Assembly (NCBI GenBank): GCA_036826635.1
Contig: DAISVY010000012.1
Location: forward strand, 9,170-73,169
Source: Candidatus Zixiibacteriota bacterium
GTDB lineage: Bacteria; Zixibacteria; MSB-5A5; GN15; FEB-12
Reading direction: 5' to 3'
Length of the DNA: 64,000 nucleotides
A program made the translations under genes and the position numbers. Position 1 is the first letter of the stretch. Every line of letters starts with the position of its first letter. Below, in pieces: positions 46,334 through 55,900 of this stretch. Under the pieces are notes generated by a model. It did not search any database. It was not told the origin of the DNA and was given only the letters and a program-made list of their open reading frames with translations.

Positions 46334-47921
46334 GTACCCTCTCTTCATTCCTGTCAACATTTATATCGACTGAAAGCCCTTTCCACTTCATGGCCAGAAG
46401 CGTAATATCGTCGTATTGTGGTGCCGAACCGACGAAATCCCGGTGCCGGTCAAGAGTTTGACTGACCAGTCGGGGCGGATCCAGATCTTTGTAATCGCTT
46501 ACTATCTCTATAAATCTGTCCATACCAAACTCGTCGGCCGCTTCGTTCTGAGCTTCATTGACTCCGTCCGAATACTGAATAAGCCAATCGCCGCTGTTAA
46601 GCATCACATGTGCTTCTTCTATCCGTCGGGCAAAAGGTTCGGGTGGCATCATTCCCAAGGGATAGCCCCTGGTTTTTATCAATTCGGTCCGACCGCTCAG
46701 TCCGTCGATTCGAATCAGCGGGTTGTGTCCGGCTGACGCAAAATCGAACCGGCCCGATTTCTTATTCAAAAGACCGAAGAACATCGTCACGAACATCCCC
46801 TTCTTGATGTTCTGCAGTAACTCGCTGTTGACCTCCGAAAGCAGCCGGCCCGGTGTCCGGATCGAACGCGAAACCTGCCGCACGATATCACGGGTAAGAA
46901 GCATGACCAGCATACCCGGAAGCGACTTGCCTGACACGTCGGCTACGAGAAAACCAAGCTGCTCATCATCGAAATTGATGAAATCATAATAATCGCCGCC
47001 GACCTCCCGGGCGCTGTGATAGGAACCGGCAAACTCGAAATCCGACGCCGAAGGATAGGCACGCGGCAGGATATTGGCCTGGATTTCATGGGCGATTTCC
47101 AATTCTCGAGAAATGCGCTCGTTCTGTATCTTCTCCTGCTGAGCGCTCTGTAAGCGCGATCCCATAACCCGGAGAGTCTCCGCCAGATAGCCAAACTCGT
47201 TCTTACTGGTCACGGGAATATCCAGGGTCATATTATCTACCGAAACGTGCCGCAATTTATCGGTGATGATGCTGACCGGACGCAGTTTCCGATGCAGCAA
47301 CACCATGCCCACGATCATCCCCACCAGAACCATGAACAGAGTAGTGGAAGCCACGGCAATCACGGACGCCCGCCGCGCATCGGTGATCTCACGAACTGAA
47401 GAGGCCAGCCCCAGCCGGCCCAGCAGAATACCGTTTTCGACAATCGGCGTGGTAATATAGATCGTATCCCCGCGCTGGGCGAATCTCTCGTTTTCATGCA
47501 GAATCTCGCCGAAGTGTCCTTCGGGCGGCTCGGACATCTCGGCTTTGGAGATAACCTGTTTCAGATCGGTATGAGCCAGAAAGACCCGATCGGTACCGGC
47601 AATACCGGCCCAGTAAATATCGGGGTTGTCGACAGCGAGTTTCTTGCAAATGTTGTTAAGCAGCAAAGCATCCGGTTCGCCGGACGAAATGATATGCTTG
47701 CCCGCCATACCTGAAAAAGATCGGGCCTGAACCAGGAGTTTCTCAGCTACACTGCGAGTAACGGTGCCGACGAATTTATCGGTAATAACATAGCCGGTAA
47801 CAGCCATCAGGGCGAGAATCAGCAACGAAATATATAAGGAGAACTCAAACCGAATCGATTTGCGAAAATTTCTGGCTTCGGGCCAACTTGCCACCGGGCG
47901 GCCGGGCTCACTGTTGCTCAT
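46323..47921 (-). CDS. Membrane sensor PP2C phosphatase (SpoIIE/RsbU family) with periplasmic domain and HAMP
   Basis: 532 aa. TM1 (FSLYISLLILALMAVTGYVI), an extracytoplasmic region of about 150 aa, TM2, a HAMP-like linker, then PP2C blocks EIAHEIQANILP, GGDYYDF, VADVSGKSLPG, SDGVNEA. Confidence 0.85.
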   Translation of the reverse strand: MSNSEPGRPVASWPEARNFRKSIRFEFSLYISLLILALMAVTGYVITDKFVGTVTRSVAEKLLVQARSFSGMAGKHIISSGEPDALLLNNICKKLAVDNPDIYWAGIAGTDRVFLAHTDLKQVISKAEMSEPPEGHFGEILHENERFAQRGDTIYITTPIVENGILLGRLGLASSVREITDARRASVIAVASTTLFMVLVGMIVGMVLLHRKLRPVSIITDKLRHVSVDNMTLDIPVTSKNEFGYLAETLRVMGSRLQSAQQEKIQNERISRELEIAHEIQANILPRAYPSASDFEFAGSYHSAREVGGDYYDFINFDDEQLGFLVADVSGKSLPGMLVMLLTRDIVRQVSRSIRTPGRLLSEVNSELLQNIKKGMFVTMFFGLLNKKSGRFDFASAGHNPLIRIDGLSGRTELIKTRGYPLGMMPPEPFARRIEEAHVMLNSGDWLIQYSDGVNEAQNEAADEFGMDRFIEIVSDYKDLDPPRLVSQTLDRHRDFVGSAPQYDDITLLAMKWKGLSVDINVDRNEERVHAN

Positions 47922-49923
47922 AGGAAAGCTCTCTCAGTTTCAGAATCTCGGTTTCGGTGCGTTTGATGTAATCCTGAATAGCCTCGTTATCGGGATCAAG
48001 TCGGGCGGCCTTTTTCCATGTGGCCACGGCTTCCTGCAATTGGTTCTTTCCGTACAGTTCGATACCGACAAACTTATAGGCGTTGATCAAGTACTTTCGC
48101 ACCGACTGATAATCCGGCGCCAGACGTTCGACCCTCTCCCAGTTGGCAATTGCTTCACCCAGACGGCCGTTCTCAAAGGCGTCCTGCGCCGCCTTGTTGA
48201 CTCCTTCTATTTCTTTGCGCAATTCATCGCTAAGCACCACGGCTGTTTTGGGCGCAACCGCAACCGTATCAACCGACGGCTTGTGCATATCGTCCAGAAT
48301 CCGACGGCGCAGATCCAGACACCATTGGTGATCCGGGAAAAGAACCAAGGCCGAATCGACCGTCGCCAGGGCGGTTTTGAAGTTCTCGCCTACGAAAGCC
48401 ACCGAGGCTGTTTCGCGCAGGTGTTCGAATTCAACCCGCTTGATAGCCAACCGGACACTGGCGTTTTCATCGGCGAATTGACGGAGGCTCCGAACGAGTT
48501 CAAGGGCATCATCCACGTATCCATAGCTCAGAAGCGAATCGATATCCCACAGGCGTTCTCTTATCAGCTCGTCTTTGGCCACCGTCCGTTCGATAGCGGC
48601 ATCAGCCTGTTCCAGAATCCTTTGAGCCTGTTCCGAATTGGAAACGTCAGACAAAGCCAGATCGGCAAAATGCCGAGCGCCGAGGTAGTCCTTCCGGGCC
48701 AGCCGTTCCTGCGCCGACTTCAGATTCTTATCAAAGCGACCGACTCGTTCGGCCCGGTCAAGCCGCTCATGGGCTGTAAGGACCATCTCATAAATGGCGG
48801 TCGTGTCCATGTCATTACCGCGCGCCAGGAACAAGGCCCGATCAAGCATGGTGGCGGCCTGCACCAGATCTCCTTTATCAAGAAGCTCCCGGCCACGATC
48901 CACCAACTGCCCGACTGTCTGACGGTTGCGCTCGCCCAGCCGCGTGTTCATCAAATCGTTGAATTGCGACTCTCTCTCCCGGGTCCGGGCCAGCCGCCGT
49001 TCATTTACGGGTGTTCCGAAAGAAGTCGTCAGAGTGAACATATGCAGACTGCCGAGATCACGATCCACAAGGGCGTAATCGAACCTTAGCAGCTTATACT
49101 GTAAACCGACACCGAACGACAACTTGCCCTCACGGACACCACCGCGCAGATGGAGAAGCTCTTTGAAACTATACTCGACCCCGACAGCCAACCGGGGATC
49201 GATATCTTCTATCTTGGTAAGTCGGGCACAGAGCGTAGCCTCCTGTCCCCAGTCGGCCCCGGGCACCAACCCAAGCGCAACCCCCAGATCGAAACTGGTC
49301 GGATACTCGACCGTCTCTTCCGACAGCTTCATCCCGGGTTTCAACAGATTGCGACCTTCCGCGGTCACGATAAGGTGATCAAAAAACGTCGAGCCAAAAG
49401 CAAACCTGCGACTGACCGACAAAGCCATACCGGGCGACGAAGTCGCCGTGTAATCGTCGATAGAATGATGCTCCAGAGACAGGCTCATCCCGACAGCATA
49501 ACCGGCGATGAATCGTCCATAGGCAAGATTAAATCCGAGCCGGTTGTCGTCGGTCTCCCCCAGCAGAAGATTACCGGCGTCTCGCTTTTCTATCCCGCTG
49601 ACACCGAGCCGGAAAATACCCAAACCGAAAACACCGTAGTCAAGCGTGGGAATGGCTATGCCCAGATACTGGTAAGCAACATCGGAATCATACAACGTAC
49701 TGTGGAAACCGCCGAATTCATACTGTTGGGCATCAGCCAGTCGCGAGGCATTCCAGAACGGGGCCGTAGTGGCGTCACTTACGGAAAGAGCCGCCCCGCC
49801 CAGTGAGAGCTCACGAGCCCCGGCACCGAAACTGAACGGTGATTGCGTACCACCGTCGTCGGCCGCCATAGAAACGCCGAAGCTCAGCAAGACCACGAGT
49901 ATGATTGATCCAAGTCGCCTCAT
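47908..49923 (-). CDS. Outer-membrane beta-barrel-like domain (PorQ/PorV-like pattern) fused to a C-terminal TPR array
   Basis: 671 aa. Signal peptide. Residues about 25-305 have GARELSLGGAALSV...APFWNASRLA and alternating beta-strand periodicity ending ...SLHMFTLTTSF. Residues about 330-671 are helical TPR-like repeats (GRLGEAIANWERVERLAPDYQ..., LQEAVATWKKAARLDPDN). ATGA overlap with the giant gene's stop. Confidence 0.6.
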   Translation of the reverse strand: MRRLGSIILVVLLSFGVSMAADDGGTQSPFSFGAGARELSLGGAALSVSDATTAPFWNASRLADAQQYEFGGFHSTLYDSDVAYQYLGIAIPTLDYGVFGLGIFRLGVSGIEKRDAGNLLLGETDDNRLGFNLAYGRFIAGYAVGMSLSLEHHSIDDYTATSSPGMALSVSRRFAFGSTFFDHLIVTAEGRNLLKPGMKLSEETVEYPTSFDLGVALGLVPGADWGQEATLCARLTKIEDIDPRLAVGVEYSFKELLHLRGGVREGKLSFGVGLQYKLLRFDYALVDRDLGSLHMFTLTTSFGTPVNERRLARTRERESQFNDLMNTRLGERNRQTVGQLVDRGRELLDKGDLVQAATMLDRALFLARGNDMDTTAIYEMVLTAHERLDRAERVGRFDKNLKSAQERLARKDYLGARHFADLALSDVSNSEQAQRILEQADAAIERTVAKDELIRERLWDIDSLLSYGYVDDALELVRSLRQFADENASVRLAIKRVEFEHLRETASVAFVGENFKTALATVDSALVLFPDHQWCLDLRRRILDDMHKPSVDTVAVAPKTAVVLSDELRKEIEGVNKAAQDAFENGRLGEAIANWERVERLAPDYQSVRKYLINAYKFVGIELYGKNQLQEAVATWKKAARLDPDNEAIQDYIKRTETEILKLRELSYEQQ

Positions 49924-52900
49924 CGTATTATCGCAATCTTTCGCTTATGCTCTTCGGTCCGTCCCGAAACATAATGCGCCGTTATCCGGCAGAAGTATGT
50001 CCCCGGAACAACATCACAACCCGCGTCATTGTCGCCCGACCAGATATCCGTCTGCTGCGACCCGGCTTCGCGGAAAGCATTCTCGGCTACCGTTTTCACC
50101 GCTTCGCCGGTAATCGAGAACAACTCAATATCCACATGGGCATCTTCGGACAACACGTACCCGATAGTGGTAGCACCGTCCTGAGCCGGGTTGAACGGGT
50201 TGGGATAATTCGTAAATGATTGCCCCAGGCTGGCCTCGGTGATCGATATCTCGGTACCGTACAGCGGGTATGACGTGCCGCTCTCCAAAACCGGATATAT
50301 CGCGGTTGCCATGTTTTTGTCCGCAATGTCGAACGAAGTGGAGTCCTCGAAGAGAATCAGATAATCACCCCGACGAGCGTCATCTCGTACGTCACAAACA
50401 ACGCTTACCGGCACCGTTCCCCCGGAAGAGACATCGTAACCGCCGTCGATGGTAAACAGCAAGGTATCACCGTTCAGAACCGAATCGGTGGCGACAACCT
50501 CGTCATCGAACACCAGATGTACGGCCCGGAAAATCTCCGCACCCGCACCGGCCTCAAGATGATCGCTGTATCGCCGGACAACTTTCCCCTGCCAGGAAGC
50601 GACGACCAGATCGCCTTCAAGCGTGGGGCTGTCATATTCCAGATCGCCGGAGAAAACGATCAATCCGGTTTGACCGGCACAAGTAAGTTGAACAGGGGCG
50701 GTAACGGTTGACAACACCGGTCGCCCGGCCGGCTGGAAGATATCCGTTTCTTCCGTTCTGAAGGGGAAACCGTCGGCACACCCGTCGGCCACCTCTATGC
50801 CGGGGCTCCGCGTAGTATCGCTGGCGTCACGCACCGTGATAGCCGGGGAAGCCGATATCTCAAGGACAAAATTATCATACGGCACGTCGGCCTCGATATC
50901 GCCGTACAAACCGACCGTGACACTGTCGCCGGGGTTAAGCAATACACCTTCGGTGCCCATTTCAAACGTAACCGCACCGATCAACGGCTCGATAAACGAC
51001 TGGTAAGTGACAGGAGCATCGCCAATCGATATTCCTACCCGGTCAAAGAGAAATTCCGGGCGCAACATAGTACCATCGGCATCAAGCACGGATACGAGAA
51101 TGTCACCGATACGCACCGATGAATAGTCCGTGGTGAACGGATAAACCAGCGCCAGTTCCATAAGAACCAGAGAATCAACCCCGCCGACAACGGCCGCAGA
51201 CAGCGGAGCCGTAACACAAAGCTGCGGTGCCCCGGCCGGATATCGCAATTGTGTCCAGCCGGTTCTAATGGGGAAAACATCACCGGTCGCAAGCATCGTA
51301 TCAGGAGAAACCTGAAGCGGTGAACCGGAGCTCAGATCGCGGACGGTGAAGCAGGTACTGTCGGTTATAAGCAGCGAAAAACCATCCAGGGAAGTCTCCT
51401 CGACCAGCGACAAAATAATCGTAAGCGAGTCAATCTCACCGGCGCTGAGTGTAAGCGGTGAAGTCAGGGATAAGTTAACATGGGTCGAGTCGGTCCTGAA
51501 ATCGGCCACATGTCCCACCACCACCTGTTGTCTGAGAGCACTGGCACTTTGCAAAATCGCCGCCGCTTCCACGGGATCACCGGCCAAATCGGCAAGGCAG
51601 AAAGACAGACCGGAAAGCTGAATCTGCGAGGTCCCGACATCGCCTCCGTGGCGGAACCTGAGCATAACGGCTTCGACTCCATTCTGCCCGTAGTTTGCGG
51701 TCGAACCGAGCAGCGATACGGAAGAAGTTGCCAGCGCCTGTGACGGATCGTCCAGACGGCACGAGGCCGTTCTGAGCGGAAAACTTACGGCCGGATTAAT
51801 AGAAACCGGCAACAGCGTATTAGCATCCACGAGCACGGTCGAGGCGGCACTCTCCAGAGCCAGGGCAAAACTGGAAGCCGACGCGGCACTGTCGATGCTC
51901 ACGATAAGCATAAGATTCGAAGACTTGCCCGGAGCAATTAGAACAGGCTCCGTGAAGGTCAGCAACAAATCGGACGTATGAGGAACTTCTTCGACCGCCG
52001 CCACTATAACATACCCGGCCGCTATTACCACCCGGCTAAGAGCTTCATCCGCCGCCTGGGGTGTACCAAAACCGTCTTCAACCCGCAGGACCAGACTGTC
52101 CAACCGCAAATCGGCTCCGGTTGCGGCCGTGTCCGGGTGCGTGATGGCTATACTCATCGGGAACACGCTTGACTGCCCCCGGGTGACCGAGGTCGGCATG
52201 GAATTGATAAGCTCGACCAGTACGTCCGCGGGGGATGTCTGGATATGGACCGCTGATGTCTGGATCACCGCGGATGAATCGGGCAAAGACTCGGCAACGG
52301 CACGCAACTGCCAGGATACTTCACCGGGCTGAAGAGCCGTATAATAGAAGACGAACTCGGCCGATGTACCGCTGGACACGGCGACCGGTCCGCTGGCGCT
52401 GCTGTCAAAAACGACCAGCTCGGAATCGCTTATTCCGACGACCTGAGCTTGCACATCGTCAATCTGAATCGGCAGCAGGTTAGTCGCGTTGAAATGCACC
52501 GCGATAGTCTGCCCCACCGAATAACTTTCCGCCAAAGGCTCATAACCGGCCCGCAGACTGGAATTAGATATCGTGAATCGGTTTTCACCGCTCAGAGCGG
52601 CGTCATGAGGTCCGTCGTTGGCCGAAGCATACTGACAGCCGTTTATCGGAATTTCACCCTGGAACTCCGCCCCGGGAGCGGCTGAAGCGGCCACATCGCC
52701 CACCACGAATAATACCGGCGGGGTACTGTTAACAGCCAGATCAAGCGTTGTTATGTTCCACTCTGTCCCGGTATAGGTAAACGTACCCAGCAACAGGTCA
52801 CTTGAACTCCAATCCTCACTGGCATCGTTGTCTTTCCATAATTCCAGCGAGGAAATATCACTGGTATCCGCATCCGCCAGATTGGCCAGCCTCAAAGATT

Positions 52901-55900
52901 GCAGAAAATCCGTTTGGTCACCGTTAAAGGCCGGACGGAATGAGAAGAGAGTGACCGAAGTATCCCCCGGGCTGAGCGTTCGCGCCGGGAGATCCCGTAC
53001 ATTATACTGCGCTGCAATTGAACCATCGACCACAAGATAAGCACCGCTGGTGAGCGGAAGGTCACCGTTGATATTAACCGGCGAGGAGAAAATGATATCG
53101 TCCTGCCGCGGGACAACCACGGCCAGACTGTCGGAGTCTATCACGTTCTGCGGCACGTCGACCAGTACCCAGAAATACAGCAACGATTCCGGAGGCAGGG
53201 CAATGTTCAAACCGGAGAGTTGCAATTCTCCATCGTAGAAACTGGCACTGGCGGCCAGCGGATCACCGTCAAGCAAACGATTGTTGTCGGCGTCGTAGTA
53301 CAACGACACCTGCCCGACCTCATAGTCGGCAAACGACATAGTCGATACCGAGCGCGTGGTGTTGGTCAGACGAAGGGTTTGCAGCGTCTGTTCCTGACCG
53401 ACATAACCATTATAAAGAGCAAAAGTGAGAATGACATTCTCAGCGCTGCCCGGCAACACGTTGACCGAAGAAGCCGGTATGGAAATAACCGTGATCCGGT
53501 CCGAAGGCAAAACAAGATGGGCCGAGGGATTGCTCAGCGCAACGTCGTCGGGTCCGATGGTCCCGGAAAGGTACTCTATCCCCTGACGCGGTATCCGGAA
53601 CTGCAGGGTCCCGCCCTTAAACTGACCGCTGCCGATACTCGCCGTTACGATCATTCGATTGTGCAGTGCGTTAAGCGGCCAGGACAGCTCGGCGAGGGTC
53701 CAGGATAATCCGTTGTATACAAACTGCCCTACCAGTTCTTCATCACCATCGAAACCGTCGGCGGCGGCATCAAACCACAACCGCAGACTCATCAGATCGC
53801 TTGATTCCTCGAAAGTACCGATATTAACCAGGGTTATCTGCTTGAGATGCCCGACTGCATACCCGTCCCGTGGCAACTCGATATCGAGTACCGGCTCAAC
53901 AGTACAACCGCCGAACAGCGTAGAGCCTTCCACCTCGTTCACGGTCACGGCCGCCGAGGGAAAAGCATCAACGGTGAAATCATCGGGATTGGTTACGGGG
54001 AATACCCCGGTGACACGTTCGCCATCGGAAGTATACACATCGGTGCTGTCGTCGATGGAGATATTGATGCGGTTGCCGTTTTTGGCATTGGCGAGACTGA
54101 TCGCCGCCACGACCGACAGGCTCAGCGAATCTCCGACTCCGCCAATAGTGAACCCGTCCGTCACAAACACCGCCCGACCGTCAGAGACCAACGCCGAAGC
54201 TACCAGCGTATCCGCCGCCCCTATGGCCATCGGATTTCCGTCCAGGTCCGCGTACAACATGAGGCTGTCGATCTGGCTGTCCAGTTGGGATTGATCGGCA
54301 CCGTCAGGATCGGCGGCTACCAACTGACAAAGAAGACTGTCCACAGACACCGAATTGGCGTAACTGTTTTTCAACCGCAGACACATAATGGGATCACTGT
54401 ATTCCCCCGGCGTCAGGCGATGATCCAAAAGAGGCAGATTCGCTACGGTAAGTGCCTGTTCCGTCTGAATCGAAATCGTATCGGCCGGTTCCAGAACAAT
54501 GTCAATCGGACCGTCGTTACCGGACGACATCCGAACCCCCTCAATCGGCACTTCAAAGGCCACCGTGGCACCCTGAACCGGGTAAGCAGCCAGACCCGCG
54601 GCCAGATAAAAACGAGTCAGCGTGTCCGTCATGACCGTCGATAACCCGCTGAGTGTCCATTGACTGCCCGTGAAACTCAACTCGCCGAGACGTGTTTCCT
54701 CGGCAGAGCCTCCCCAGACACCATTGCCATCGTCAACGTAAAGCACCAGCGAATCGATATCATCGACCTGAGCTGTCCCCATATTGGTTACGGTGAATAC
54801 ATTGAGTTCGTCGGCAGCGTAACCGTTGCGGGGGACATCGAGAATCATGACGTTGTACACCGTATCGCCGGGGGACATAATCTCTACTCCGGTCGAAACA
54901 ACGCCATACTGAGCGGCAATGGAACCGTCGAACACGGCATAGCCGAGCGAATTGGCGGTATCCGGTCCCACCACTGTGGTAGCATCCGCGGTCGTTATAT
55001 CCGTAGCGGTAAAGAGCTCCAAATCAATTGAGTCGCCGTCACGAGGATACATTCCGGCGGTTACCGTAACGAGCAGGGTCCTTCCGGAATCCGGACCGAT
55101 AGTCAGCGGTCCCAGCGGCAAATTGACAACGGCGGTATCGTAAACCGCGGTCACCAGCAGGCTGTCACTGCCGCTCAGTAGTGAATCGTTGTCGATATCA
55201 AGGTACAGAGCAATCGAATCGACATTCGACAGCCGTTGTTCGGCCGTACCCACCCCGCGTGAAGCGTCGCGCACGGTCAGATCGGTTACGGTTTTGGCGT
55301 GATCGAAGTAGTTCTCGATACGGAAAGCCAGCACCACAGCATCCGCCTGATTCGGTCGCAACCGGCTTTGTCCCAGGGCAATGGTGGTCAGGTGCAGTTC
55401 ATCCACCTGAATGGTACCGCTGGAATCGGCAATATCTCTTATGTTGCTGGTGGCGCGTATCTGACCGTTGCCGGGACGGCTGGCGATAAACAGCCCGGTA
55501 GTGTCGATGCTGCCGATCCGCCCGACCGAACGCCAGGTAATTTCTCCGGCCGAGGTCACGTTGCTGTCGGCATCATAACCGGTCACGCTAAACTGTACCG
55601 AGTCGCCCAGACTTACGGCAGCCGTATCCGGCGAGACAACGATTCTGACCAGTTCGCCCGACACAACTTCCAGGTAAGCGCTTGAATCCGTCACGCCCAG
55701 GTCGGAAGAAACCGTCACCTGCCCCGTACCCGTAGTCGTGGCCTCGAAAAGACCGTCGGTACCAATCGTCCCCAGAGACGCGGTCAGATCCCAGGTAATA
55801 GTCCCCATATCTCGCTGATTATCATCAGCGTCATAACCCAGTACTTCATACTGAAGCGTGGAATCGGCGGACACAATGGCCGAGTCGGGCGATATTGCCA

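Noticed and set aside
47860-49089. 409-aa plus-strand ORF opposite the barrel-TPR gene
   Set aside because: Antisense shadow. The minus-strand product has a signal peptide, TPR repeats and translational coupling to both neighbours.
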